Positions 1 to 12,485 are shown, counted from the stretch's first letter. The stretch: 64,000 nt of DNA from Zygnema circumcarinatum SAG 698-1b (GCA_037447605.1 CM074806.1:620001-684000), one strand, 5' to 3'. Translations and numbers: made by a program. The notes: a model not told the origin generated them from the sequence alone.

Positions 1-1071
1 ACTTCCCGCCGCGCCGCTCGCTGCGGAAGTAGCCGACATTTCAGGATGACCCGATACGATACGGCACGGCACGATATGATATTTTCTCAAAGGACGATAC
101 GGTATCATACGATGCGATCGAGTGCAGAATGGTGCTCGGCGTTTGACGATATTGTCGAAGGTGCTCTATAAGGGGAGTTTGAGACGAAGGAAAGTTCGGT
201 TATCGGGGTAATAGATGAATGAGGAGGGGGAGGTTTGGGGGAACGTGTAAAGGATGAGGGAGAGATTGCGAACACGTGTAGAGAGGGTATCGAGTAGGTT
301 CATTTCATGGCCTCCCTTTTGTCTCTCTCTCTTTCCCACTGTCTCCCTTCCTGTCTCTCTCTTCTCTCCCTTCTCTGCTTGGGAGGTTCCAGGTTTAATC
401 TTTGTAGGAATTTGTCCTTTTCAGGTTGCTTTTAGGCCGTTGGAATAAGTAACCATTCAAATGGTTCGAGACAGGCCGCAGCCTCTCCATGTTGCCAAAG
501 ACTGTAAAAAGGAGAACGCCGGTGACATGTTTTCATCCACCTATTTCCATGATAGGCCCTGTCAAACTTCTGAACTGGTGCTGTACAATATAGAATTTTG
601 CCGGCCAACGTAATGACCGCAGAGCACTCAATCGTGCTTTGCCAAGAAAAAATGTCGACAACTTTTTATCATTTTGTTTGTCTTTACGGGTGCGTTTCTA
701 AGCGGACAAAGAAATAATCATGATCTCACGCATGCGATGCCATCAAGTGTACATGTTCAATATCATTATGGGGAACCACGAGGACTGCTCACCAAGGACC
801 TAAGGGCAAAAGAAAAAAGCTCGTTCTCCGTTCTGCTGATTAGGATCGACTTCTCGGTCTCATATAACACGTGGAAGATCTAACGGTCAAGATTGCCATC
901 CCGGACAATTCGGCTCCTCTCAGCCGTCGATCGGCGATGCCTCCGCCGCATCGAATCCGCAAGTGCAGACCGCCCCGCGAGTGGCTCCGCCCTGAACGGT
1001 CCTACGAAGCGTAGGATCGTACGGACGACCGTTAGCTGCATCTTACGCGCGCTCCGATTCGCGGAATTTGT

Positions 1072-1216
1072 GTTCCGTACAGTGGTCCTGATGGCAATTG
1101 CCGTACAGTAGTTCTGACGGCGGTTGCCGTACAGTGGTCCTTTCGGCTGTTACCGTACAGTGGTCCTGAGTCCTGACGGCAGTTTTCGTACAGTGGTCCT
1201 GACGGCAGTTGCTGAC
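1072..1216. repeat. Degenerate ~27-bp tandem repeat (CCGTACAGTGGTCCTGACGGCAGTTG-like), about 5 units
   Basis: CGTACAGTGGTCCT-like cores recur about every 27-35 bp. Confidence 0.8.
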
Positions 1217-1307
1217 AAATGGCGGCACGTGGCATTTGCCACGATGCCTTCCCTGCTGGACCGTCGCTAGTCGACCGGGCAGGACCGAAAAATTTGAGGG
1301 CGCGATG

Positions 1308-1790
1308 CTTCCGTTATTGCCGTCAATGTCATTGTCAACGTAGAGGTACTCTTTCGAGAACGCATGTGGGCTCATAATGTTGTGCGCGACGCGACTGAAG
1401 CAATGGCGTAAGAGGCAAACTTCCTTGTGCAACTCGAGCCGAGTGACATTGTGTCCCCTCGACTGACTGTTCGTGGCGAGCGCGGAGTTCACACTGAGTT
1501 GGCCCTCCCTCATGGACGGTGCTAAGCGCATTTTTGGGGATGTTGTGTTGACCGATCCGACACGTCTCGATTTATTGTCGCGTGCAGAGCACCATGAAGG
1601 CATGGCTGCTCGCGATGGGGCCCTTCGCAAGGAGCGCGCATATGCCCACCGGAAACGGCCGACGAGTTTGTTCCTATGGCTATTGAGGTTTTTGGTTGCC
1701 TCGACACCCGTTTGCATACCTTCCTTCGCTAGTGCGCTCATCGCATTAGTGACCTTCGCTGCAAATGCTGCGTTGTTGCGCTTAGGCATA
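1308..1790 (+). pseudogene. Decayed 3' fragment of a CRE-like non-LTR retrotransposon (Zn-knuckle remnant plus restriction-like endonuclease domain)
   Basis: Joining frames across frameshifts and stops gives C..CHC.RRG...HNVVRDATEAMA*EANFLVQLEP...RIFGDVVLTDPTRLDLLSRAEHHEGMAARDGALRKERAY...DEFVPMAIEVFGCLDTRLHTFLR*CA. This matches the H-x-VRD / DV-x-I-x-DP / AA..K..Y / F-x-P-x-A-x-E-x-x-G layout of CRE/RLE element C-termini. Confidence 0.7.
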
Positions 1791-2025
1791 GTTTTTTGCT
1801 CCTAGCTTTTTTCTTTTGTGTTGAGGTCCTTAGCGATCTGTCCCTCGTGGTTCCCAATGCTGATTTTGTCCATGTACGTTGGATGGCCTAGCCATTGTGA
1901 GATCAATGCCACTTCCTTTCTTTTTGTATGGAAATAGGAGATGTGGCATTGATTAAAAAGAAAATAAGTGGCATTGATCTCACTGATCTCTTTTGTGAGA
2001 CAACAATTTTTAAAGGAAAATTCTA

Positions 2026-2399
2026 GGAAAATGATATTTCGCCCCCTTTTTGGGTTATCCCGCCCCATTTTTTTTGAAATGCCGCCCTCCCATTTTTGCT
2101 ATTCCGCCCCCTGTTTTGGATATCCGCCCCTCCACATTCTGGATATTCACCCCCCTGTTTTCTCCTTCTCACACACCAGCGCAACGTTTGTAAAGAAAGC
2201 AAAGCAGAGGAGAGACGAGGAGAGAGAGAGCAGGGGACAGCGGGACAGAAGGAGAGAGCAGAGGAGAGAGCACAGGAGAGAGGGAGCAGAGGAGAAAAAT
2301 AATTGGGTGGGGCGGGCCTTGAACAAAAATCTTGGAATGGGAGGATTTCAAAATAAATGGGCGGGATATTCCAAAAAGGTGGGCGAAGTATCATTTTCC
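2026..2399. mobile_element. MITE D (374 bp) inserted in the left TIR of element C
   Basis: TIRs GGAAAATGATA.TTCGCCC / GGGCGAA.TATCATTTTCC; 8-bp TSD AAATTCTA at 2018-2025 and 2400-2407; CCGCCC subterminal repeats in inverted orientation. Confidence 0.85.
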
Positions 2400-2846
2400 A
2401 AATTCTATACTCACACCTTTTTTGTCTACACACAGACCCTTTTTCGACGGGCAGGTTTTATTTTAGAAAAAAAAGGATCAAAAACGAAAAATGCTTTTTC
2501 ACACCTTTCTGGAATCGATACAGACCTTTTTCCGTCGGGCAGATTTTACCCATGATGTCGTTTTGGAGAGAAAAAAGTAACGGCCTGCCTGAATCTTCTC
2601 AGAACGGAAGATCCGTCCGCCACGAGATCGTTTGCGGGTGTGCGTCCTTCGCACTTGTATTGAATCTCCGCCGTCGACTAACTCGCAGATCGCACCATGG
2701 CAGATCACCGTTCGACCTGCAGTCGGGCTCGGTCCCAGCGCATTGGCACGTGCCCACGTGTTCCGTGCTAGAGCGCGCTTCCCTCGGCCCAAGATCTCCG
2801 CAAAATTATGAGCTGGACCGGCCAGCCCTGCGGTGGCTAGACCATT

Positions 2847-3005
2847 AGGGGGTGTCAGACTTAACAAAATCTTACGAAAAGCGTTACGAAAAAAAAGGTT
2901 ACGAAAGTACTCCGCCGCACGAGGATCGCTATAATACTGGAGTACTCGTTCTGATGTCAAACTTACGAACACGCGTACTGAAATTTTTTAAGTCTGACAC
3001 CCCCT
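2847..3005. mobile_element. 159-bp MITE with AGGGGGTGTCAGACTTAA TIRs (PIF/Harbinger-related by 3-bp TSD)
   Basis: Perfect 18-bp TIRs; TSD ATT at 2844-2846 and 3006-3008; near-identical inverted copy at 3678-3836. Confidence 0.9.
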
Positions 3006-3677
3006 ATTGACAACTAATAGCCAATCACCATCTGGAGCGGGTTATCTTCAATGACGGTCCAGCCAGTCAATATAACGGTATTCTGCCTTTCCTCGAAGTT
3101 GTGACCGTACAGCAATTGTACAAGGGGTAGTGATATTTCCACCCCTTTTTTGGATCCAAACACCCCTTCCCGGCCGGGCAGATTTCAAAAGGGATTAAAA
3201 AGGGAAAATGCTTTTTTAACACCTTTTTGGAATCGATACCCACCTTCTTCCGTCGGATGATTTTATTTTTGCTAACCAAGGAAAATGATACCCCGTCACT
3301 GCATTTTGAATACTGTATCCCGCCTCCCTGAATTTTTTTTTGAGGGAATGAAATATCTGCCTGCCCGAATCCGCTCGAAGCGGAAGATCCGTCCGCCACG
3401 AGATCGCTCGCGGATGTCCGTCCTTCACACGTGTGTGTCAATCGCAGCTGTCGATTCCCTCGCAGATCGCACCACTGCAGGTCACCGTTCGATCTGCAGC
3501 CGGGCTCGATCTTAGCGAATGGAAAGCGCCCACGAGTCCCGTCAAAGCCGGATCGCAAGTACGAGTGCGCGCGTCCCTCGGCCCGAGATCTCGTCATTGT
3601 TAGTTCCCAGCCAATAAAACTCTGCCACGTGTTTCATTTTTTGTCGTGGAAAATTTTGATTGGTCCAAGCTCTCAAT

Positions 3678-3836
3678 AGGGGGTGTCAGACTTAAAAAAT
3701 TTCAGTACGCGTGTTCGTAAGTTTGACATCAGAACGAGTACTCCAGTATAATCGCGATCCTTCTGCGGCGGAGTACTTTCGTAACCTTTTTTTTCGTAAC
3801 GCTTTTCGTAAGATTTTGTTAAGTCTGACACCCCCT
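3678..3836. mobile_element. 159-bp MITE (same family as 2847-3005, opposite orientation) nested in A
   Basis: TSD AAT at 3675-3677 and 3837-3839; the empty site TCTCAATGTACG is seen in the other A copy near 11560-11570. Confidence 0.9.
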
Positions 3837-4078
3837 AATGTACGAAATTCTGGGTTCCTTAAGTTGCGTCCGTACGACATTTGTACGGACAAACTTTTGA
3901 GACGACTTTGGCGGGATACGTGGGCCCGTGCCATTCGCTGTGACCGAGCCCGGCTGCAGATCAAATAGGGATCTGCCGTGTTGCGATCTGCGAGGGAATC
4001 GACGGCTGCGATGACCGCACGCGTGAAAAAAAATTCAGGTAGGCGGGATATTCAAAATGGGGTGACGGGTTATCATTT

Positions 4079-4927
4079 GGGTAGTGATATTTCCACCCCT
4101 TTTTTGGATCCAAACACCCCTTCCCGGCCGGGCAGATTTCAAAAAGGATTAAAAAGGGAAAATGCTTTTTTCACACCTTTTTGGAATCGATACCCACCCT
4201 CCATCGGCAGATTTTATTTTCGCGAAACAAGGAAAATGATAACCCGTCAACCCATTTTGAATATCCCGCCTACCTGAATTTTTTTTCACGCGTGCGGTCA
4301 TCGCAGCCGTCGATTCCCTCGCAGATCGCAACTCGGCAGATCACTATTTGATCTGCAGCCGGGCTCGGTCACAGCGAATGGCAAGTGCCCACGTACCCCG
4401 CCAAAGTCGTCTCAAAAGTTTGTCCGTACAAATGTCGTACGGTCGCAACGTGAGGAACCCAGAATTTCGTACATTGAGACCTTGGAACAATCAAAATTTT
4501 CCGGCTTTGACGGGACTCGTGGGCGCTATCCATTCACTGAGATCAAGCCCGGCTGCAGATCGAACGGTGATCTGCAGTGGTGCGATCTACGAGGAATCGA
4601 CAGCTGCAATTGATACGCACGTGTGAAGGACGGACACCTGCGAACGATCTCGTGGAGGACGGATCTTCCGCTCCGAGCGGATTCGGGCAGGCAGATATTT
4701 CTTTCCCTCAAAAAAACAAATCAGGGAGGCGGGATACAGTATTCAAAATGCGGTGACGGGGTATCATTTTCCTTGGTTAGCAAAAATAAAATCAGCCGAC
4801 GGACGAAGGTGGGTATCGATTCCAAAACGGTGTGAGAAAAGCATTTTCTGTTTTTAATCCCTTTTGAAATCTGCCCGGCCGGGAAGGGGTGTTTGGATCC
4901 AAAAAAGGAGTGGAAATATCACTACCC
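4079..4927. mobile_element. Element B: internally deleted copy of family A (849 bp) inserted in inverse orientation into A's own right TIR
   Basis: GGGTAGTG...CACTACCC termini; 8-bp TSD TATCATTT at 4071-4078 and 4928-4935; the empty site GGGTTATCATTTTCCTTG is present in the 11011-11957 copy. Confidence 0.9.
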
Positions 4928-6047
4928 TATCATTTTCCTTGTTTCGCAGAAATAAAATCTGCCGATGGAGGGTGGGTATCGATTCCAAAAAGGTGTGAAA
5001 AAAGCATTTTCCGTTTTTAATCCTTTTTGAAATCTGCCCGGCTGGGAAGGGGTGTTTGGATCCAAAAAAGGGGTGGAAATATCACTACCCTTGTACAAGC
5101 CCACTTTGAGCCGGATTTGGCGAGACACGTGGGCACGTGCCCTTCGCTGAGACCGAGCCCGACTGCAGATCAAAGGTGATCTGCCGTAGTACAATCTGCG
5201 AGTTAGTCGACGGCGGAGATTCAATACAAGTGCGAAGGACGCACACCCGCGAACGATCTCGTGGCGGACGGATCTTCCGCTCTGAGAAGATTCGAGCAGG
5301 CCGTTACTTTTTTCTCTCCAAAAAACATCAGGGCTAAAATCTGCCCGACGGAAAAAGGTCCGTATCGATTCCAGAAAGGTGTGAAAAAAGCATTTTTCGT
5401 TTTTAATCCTTTTTTTCCTGAAATAGAATCTGCCCGACGAAATAAGGTCTGTGTGTAGACAAAAAAGGTGTGAGAACAGAATTTTCCTTTTTAAAAACTA
5501 GATACAACCATAAGAAATATTTTTTCCCGTGAAAGTGAATTTTTAGTTCGACATGAATTTGTCCGTTTGGCCATCACGGATCGCCTTCTCGCAACCTCGT
5601 CCTACGTGGCCAATCGAACGGTCACGATCTCCTTCCCTGGTGCTCCGGCTCCTCGTCGTCGTCGATCAGCGATGCCACCTTCGCGTGCAGGACCGCTCCG
5701 CGAGTGGCTCCGCCATCAGCGGCCCATCGCGCTGTATGGACATTGTACCAACAATGTACGGACTACCTTGCACTGCCTTGGACGCACATAAACAAACGGC
5801 TGCCGTACGCGTACGGGTACAGAGAATGGGTCAAAAGTCGCAAAAAACGGCGCTTTCCCATACGTCCCCAGACAGCGTCAGCGCTTGTGAGCCAGTTGCG
5901 GTGGCCCGCCGCCGGCACTCCGCTCTACGGCCTCCCCCTCTCGCACTATTTGTCCTTCCCCGTCTCCCTCTCACTCTCACTCGCACTGCCCCTCTCCCTC
6001 CCCCTCTCCCTCACTTCGCTCTCCTTTCCTCTCCTGTGCGCGGCGCC

Positions 6048-9000
6048 ATGGCGTCCGCCACCGCCCTCGTCGTGGCGGCGCTGCTCTGCATCGCCGCCTC
6101 TGCGGACGCCGCGCTCGTGAAGGCCGCGCAGCAGAGTGAGTGGCGCGCAGGCACGCGAGGGCGCGCAGCGCGCGCATGCATGCATGTTTGCATGGCTGCC
6201 TGCGTGAAGGAGGCTGACGGGGAGCGGTCGGGTGGGCGGGCGCAGCGGCGCTGCAGGCCGTGAAGGCGAGTCTGCGGCTGACGGACCCGAAGCTGCCGAA
6301 CTCGTGGAAGGCCTCCTCCGACTGCAGCGCGTGGCGCGGCGTCAAGTGCGACGCTGCGGGGAACGTCCTCTCACTGTGCACGCCTCCTCTCCCTCCTCCG
6401 GGCAGAAGATAATCATTTGTTACTTCTTTCTAGGCGGGCTTGGGAAATTTGCCACCCTCCGAGTTCGTTTTTTTTGTTTTCAAACTGCACTTCTTTTTGC
6501 TTCGTCAGAAGATCTTCCTGTGCCGGGAAAGGCGCCAATGTCTTTCATATTTGCCTGTGCCCATTGCCTCTCATTTTGATTTTTGCCGTCTTATCTGAGT
6601 GCACTTTCTTTTTCTTTCTTATGCTAACGCAATAAATGAGACAACATTTTCTCCACAATTCCTAAAGTCGTGACAAATCCTGGCGACAATCACACAGACA
6701 TTCGAAATTTTCGTTGTTACAGACATTAATGATATGTTCGACTTTTCTCTTGTTTCTTATTTTCTCGTTGATATCTTCTCACTTTTTTACGCAGAACTAT
6801 TACTCCAGTGCCTACTTATATACTTGGCATTGAATTTAATAAGACAGTTCCCAATAAAAATCCACTCACTAACAATGGAACCATCTCTCCAAAGATATCA
6901 GAGCTCAAGAAATTGGAGATCCTGTGAGTTATATTGAAGCCATCTCTAGGCTAAGTGAGCCTGCTTCTCATTCAGTTTGTCTTGATGGTTTCGGATTCCT
7001 TAAAGCCATCAAAAGTTGTAGATGTACATGGGGCTGCTTGACGCTTTAAGTGACTACCATTTGAGATTTTTCGGATGATGAGATTTTTAGTCGGATTCAG
7101 TTTTGGGCGCTGCGGGGTTTCGAATTGTTTAATTGTGGTGGCGTAGTTCTGAGTTGGATTCTATCTCTCCTTACGCTTTCTGAGGATAATTTCACGTCGG
7201 ATGATGGGAGCTGCAGGATTCTTCTTGCGACGGGCCTAGTCGAAGACATACCGGAGGAACTTGGAAATTTGAAAAAACTGAGAATTCTGTAAGAACAAAG
7301 TCCCACTTCACCCAGTGCAGGGGTCGAATTCTGAACATCGTCGTCATAACCGTGTAAAGATTTGGCGACTGCAGAGAGTTTTCCGGGTTCAGAAAATTTC
7401 CTGAATCTTACGAGAAGAATCATAGGACAAACAATTTCTTACCACTCTGCTTTTTCTTGTGTGTTTGGGATGCAGCGAGTTGAGCGGGAACAATTTTCCT
7501 TCCAATATGCCAAACAGTGTAAAAATGTTGACGAGTCTGGAGTACCTGTACGCCGCTTACACTTTTGTCCCCCTCGGCAGCTTACCCATTAGTAGGCAGT
7601 TGCATTTCAAGGGAAAACGACAGACTTTTCAAGCTTCTCCTTCTCCTTTCTTGAAGACATTTCTTCTAACGTGAAGCGTATTGTCATGTCATGTGACTTT
7701 TACAATGCGTGGAGAGTTTAACAGTGTGATTTTTCACTAGTTAGGGTCAGAGTGGCATTAGGATTGCTGTTCCGATCGATGCTTTGAGTTGAGGTGTAAG
7801 GGCCACTGAAAGTTAATTTTTCTCGTATTCTTTCATATTTGTCTTTGAGCTGATTGCCAGAGCTTGCAGCGACTGCATGTTGAAAGGGAAGGTCCCCACT
7901 GGAATCAGCAGCCTCTTGAAATTGCAGTGGTTGTAAGTTCCCTTTCCCTTATTGGCGGCTACTTTTGACTCTTTTTAATATGGAAGAAACTGGCATGTTT
8001 TTTTTTCTTACAAAAAATGCTTTGTGTGGCAGTTGCAAGAACGCTCCCATAAGTCATGAATCGGTTGCATGCTAGAATGCACCAATGTACGAAGCAATGT
8101 TGTGAATATTCTTCTTAAATCAAGAGCTCCCCCATGCCACTACTTCAGGTGGCCTCATGTTTTTGATGCATTGCAAATTGGATTTCGCAGGGATTTCTCC
8201 ACCAATTCGTTAAGCGGTAAAATTCCGCCGGGCATTGTCAACCTGCCAAACCTTTCAACACTGTAAGTGCTTCCAACTGTTGCCATATCAACTTTCATCC
8301 GTGCATTGAAATCCCCGAGGTTGCTGCTTATTGGAGGTTGTTCTGAAATGTTGGTGTGTTGCAGGGCGTTCCAGAATAACATACTAAGTGGCGAAATTCC
8401 TGTTCGCTCCTCAAAGCTGAAACCATTGGCCATCTTGTAAGTAGCCATAGACAAAGCGCTTCAACTTCTTTCCTTCGCATTTTTAGGGAATGTTGCCCAT
8501 GTGTATCTGAGCGATTACCCATGTCAGTGCAATGGCTCAAACGTTCTAAAACATGCCACTTCCTTGCTTAATGGGCTAGTTGTGTTCCCTATTCCTCAGG
8601 GTCATGGGTGTCAACAAGTTCTCGGGCAAAATTCCAAAGTGGGTCTTCACTGTTCCATTTGTGTAAGTTTGCTGACCTGCAGAACCCACCATTCTGAATT
8701 GATCTGCTGAGTTTCAGTGATATGGAGATTTACGGAGATTCCCTGCTCATGAAGATTCCGCTATTTAACAGTCGGAACTGCACTTTCATGCGTGCAGATG
8801 CACAGAGTCTCATGAAGGACAATTGCACTCGTTACCTTTCCATTTTGCACCTATCTTACCCTGCGACCTTCACACTTTCACATTCTGCTTCTTTTCTTTT
8901 TTCCTTCGTCTCTCACCTTCTCTCTCTCTCTCTCTCGCCTTTTCTCTCACGTCCTCTCTCTCCTCTCTCTCTCACGTCCTCTCTCTCCTCTCTCTCTCTC

Positions 9001-10150
9001 TGTCCTTTCTTTTTGTTCTAAATTTCTCGATGTTTTCTGTAATCCACTTTGATCTCAGGTTCTTATTTTCTAACCGGTTGGTTGGAAAAATTCCGAAAAT
9101 TCCAAACTCCACCAATGTATTGTAAGTGCTTGCATAGAAATCAAGAGCGAGTACCTCTGTGCGTTGCAAATTTGATCAGGAAAGAATAAATGGTTGTATT
9201 TATTTTATTGAAACTTAGTTCTTACGAACGATTGAAGTCTTTTCACTGGCCTGCCAAGTCCCTCTGTTCCCCGAAAAAGGTCTGTTTTTTTATTGCTGTT
9301 GGTTGATCTTTGATTTCTTAGCTTCGTTTCATGTTCAATCCAATTTGTTCTTTTGTTTGCGTGAGCTTTAACTGATGCACAGATAGTACAGCTGCTGTCA
9401 TATCTTCTTGCCCGGATACGAAGTTACGGCCACATTAGGACGTCTAGTGTGTCACTTTTTTGAGTAATTTAATGTTTGTGATTCTTGTAATAGATTTTGT
9501 CCTCCATTCTAACCACTGCCCTTCCCACTGACTCCTTGGATGCTGCAGATCGCTGAGCTCAAACTATCTTTCTGGAGAGATAGTGATTTCAGACGAGAGT
9601 CCAGAGTCTTCATTTTACTTCTCTGCGAACTATTTCTCTTCTGTCACTGGAGGAAATCCCAATTATGTATTAGTCGATGACAACTGCTTATCCGGAACCC
9701 AGGCAGTCGAATTCGGACCACAGAAGTCAAACAAAGTATGCAATAATTTCTGCAATGCGAAGCAAAAGGGCGGAGCCTGCGGGAAGAACGGAGTCTGCGG
9801 CCCCGGCGGTGCCAAGGCCCCGACCTGCACTTGCAAGAAGGGCTACTTCACCTTCGTCAAAAAATTCACATGCACGAAAGGTATTTTCCCCTTTCCATTC
9901 TCACTGCTGTTTGTTTTTTTTGTCAGCTTTTATGATTGAGGGTGTATTTGCACTCAAGCCTCCTACCTTGAAGTTTGTTTCTAGCAACGCGCTGTACTTT
10001 CTAAGTTTTGATGGGTTTTGCAAGCGACTCGAGAAAGCCTATCCGGTTAAGTCCTGCTTGTACTAACTCTAGTCCCTGGATGCTCCTGTTTCCTGCCCCT
10101 TAGACGCGCCACCAAGCCCTAGCGCCCCTGCGGTCGGAGGGAGGACTTGA
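6048..10150 (+). CDS. Secreted LRR protein with C-terminal EGF-like Cys domain (paralogue 1), multi-exon
   Basis: Signal peptide MASATALVVAALLCIAASADA; plant LRRNT_2-type cap (W..SSDCSAWRGVKCD); series of ~72-bp phase-2 LRR exons (e.g. DFSTNSLSGKIPPGIVNLPNLSTL); exon with DDNCL...CNNFCNAK..GACGKNGVC...CTCKKGY; last exon 10104-10150 (DAPPSPSAPAVGGRT*). All exons examined are open with GT-AG boundaries. Confidence 0.85.
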
Positions 10151-11010
10151 GCTGAGGGACTTCGTAGCGATTGGACTATTTGCGGGGGAGGGGACGAGAG
10201 CCTTCAACTCTTTGAGGCATTGTGCATCGCAAGGTCGGAAGACAGATTGTGCGAGAATCTCCAAGACCATGAACAACAAACAATGGTGGTATGAATTCAG
10301 GGGCAATTCTTGTACCTTTGGTTATTTGGAATTGGATGGTGATAATGATGTGATGTTTTTATCGTTGCCATGGCAACAAACGAATGCTGGAACACTTCAC
10401 ATGAACTCAAAAAGAGACAATAGCTCTCAAAGTCGACAAGAGTGCAAATTTGTGAGACGGGAGTACTGATTCTGTAGCCCGCCAGCGCACCCTCCTAGGC
10501 CCGCCGTCGTCGCCCGCGCTCTTAAACACCGCTTGAGAGTTGACTCCGAGTCAACCGTGTCCCAAAAATCCCGCGATCATGTCACACGAGCGAAGCCGTT
10601 GCCAATGTAACGGTCGGTGGCCCCTGATTGGCTGCAGCGCTTTTGTTGACGTCACAAAAAATACCTTAATAACATAACAACCCTGAAGTGTCATCTGACT
10701 GGCGGAGGAAGGTGTGTATCTAGACGAAAAAAGCGTGTATAGTATTTTCCGAATTTATAACGCTTTACAACCCGTTATGAAGTTGGGGTCCATGAGAACT
10801 GGGCAGCTATGTACACACCTTTTTTCACTTTTGTTTTTACTTTGAACGGTTCGGATATATTATTTACGGTACGGCCGGTTCAAGTCGACCACTCGCCAGT
10901 CGGTGACATGACGTCGTTGGACGTGACATGATGTCATCCCCAAATTGTTAATGGAATCTATTAATTCCACATTGTTTTTGGCTAGATATACACCTTTTTG
11001 GTTAAATAAA

Positions 11011-11957
11011 GGGTAGTGATATTTCCACCCCTTTTTTGGATCCAAACACCCCTTCCCGGCCGGGCAGATTTTAAAAGGGATTAAAAACAGAAAATGCTTT
11101 TTTCAGACCTTTTTGGAATCGATACCCACCTTCTTCCGTCGGATGATTTTATTTTTGCTAACCAAGGAAAATGATACCCCGTCACCGCATTTTGAATACT
11201 GTATCCCGCCTCCCTGAATTATTTTTTTGAGGGAAAGAAATATCTGCCTGCCCGAATCCGCTCGGAGCGGAAGATCCGTCCGCCACGAGATCGTTCGCGG
11301 GTGTCCGTCCTTTACACGTGTGTGTCAATCGCAGCTGTCGATTTCCCTCGCAGATCACACCACTGCAGATCACCGTTCGATCTGCAGCCGGGCTCGATCT
11401 TAGCGAATGGAAAGCGCCCACGAGTCCCGTCAAAGCCAAATCGCACCTGCGAGTGCGCGCGTCCTTCGGCCCGAGATCTTGCATATTGTTAGCTCCCAGC
11501 CAATCAACATCTGCCACGTGTTACAATTTTGACGTGGAAAATTTTGATTGGTCGAAGATCTCAATGTACGAAATTTTGGGTTCCTCAAGTTGCGACCGTA
11601 CGACATTTGTACGGAGAAACTTTTGAGAGGACTTTGGCGGGATACGTGGGCACGTGCCATGCGCTGTGACCGAGCCCGGCTGCCGATCAAATAGTGATCT
11701 GCCGTTTGCGATCTGCGAGGGAATCGACGGCTGCGATTGACCGCACGCGTGAAAAAAAACTCAGGTAGGCGGGATATTCAAATGGGTCGACGGGTTATCA
11801 TTTTCCTTGTTTCGCAGAAATAAAATCTGCTGATGGAGGGTGGTATCGATTCCAAAAAGGTGTGAAAAAAGCATTTTCCGTTTTTAAACCTTTTTGAAAT
11901 CTGCCCGGCCGGGAAGGGGTGTTTGGATCCAAAAAAGGGGTGGAAATATCACTACCC
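11011..11957. mobile_element. Uninterrupted 947-bp Mutator-like element of family A
   Basis: Long TIRs starting GGGTAGTGATATTTCC; 8-bp TSD TAAATAAA at 11003-11010 and 11958-11965; no coding capacity. Confidence 0.9.
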
Positions 11958-12485
11958 TAAATAAAAACCCTGAAATGGGGAAACTTTCATTGAACTCGCG
12001 ATGGCGAGGCCATCAAACATCATTTCCCATCAAATGCACATGGACAAAGGCAAAATGTGGAACCACGACTGGCTACCGGCGAAAAAGGGTTCCTTCTGAA
12101 ACCTTCTGCTCGGACTCTAGTCACATCCAACAAGGCGGATCGCCTTGCCCTGCGATCCGGCTTCTCTGCGAGGTCGATTTGGGCTGTGCCCCCAACGCGT
12201 CGCGTTCGCGCGTGCAGGACCGCTCCGCGACTGGCTCCGCCCTCAACGGACCTTCGGACTGAAGTGACGTACGGACAAACGGTTTTCGTACAGTAAGGAT
12301 ACGGCAGTCACTTGATTCGCACTCGTCACGGCGACTTCCTGCTCGATTTCCCCTGCGCTCTCCTACGCTCGCTCCCCCTCTCCCTCCCCCACGCCTTCCC
12401 CCTCCCCCTCTCCCTCGCCCTCCCCCTCCTTTCCCTCTCTCTCTCCCCCTCCTCCTTTCCCTCTCCTCTCTCTCCTCTCCTCTCC

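Larger units (their letters stand above)
3125..5090. mobile_element. Non-autonomous Mutator-like element A (947 bp without insertions), nested in C
   Basis: TIR GGGTAGTGATATTTCCACCCC... and its reverse complement; 9-bp TSD TTGTACAAG at 3116-3124 and 5091-5099; colinear with the uninterrupted copy at 11011-11957. Confidence 0.9.
2015..5487. mobile_element. Non-autonomous Mutator-like foldback element C (outermost of nest; 954 bp once insertions are removed)
   Basis: Termini GGAAAATTCT...AGAATTTTCC; long TIRs (2400-2760 vs 5120-5487); 8-bp TSD TTTTTAAA at 2007-2014 and 5488-5495. Confidence 0.85.

Noticed and set aside
1043-1789. 248-aa minus-strand ORF as a gene
   Set aside because: It is the antisense of the retroelement relic plus the tandem repeat; no recognisable motifs.
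1897-1983. 18-bp perfect inverted repeat (GTGAGATCAATGCCACTT) as a MITE
   Set aside because: No TSD and no second copy seen in the window.
2847-3005. Tc1/mariner (Stowaway) assignment via a TA TSD
   Set aside because: Empty-site comparison for the sister copy shows a 3-bp AAT duplication, not TA.
3837-4476. ~640-bp hairpin as a miRNA or hpRNA gene
   Set aside because: Fully explained by inverted insertion of element B into related element A, although it could still yield siRNAs.
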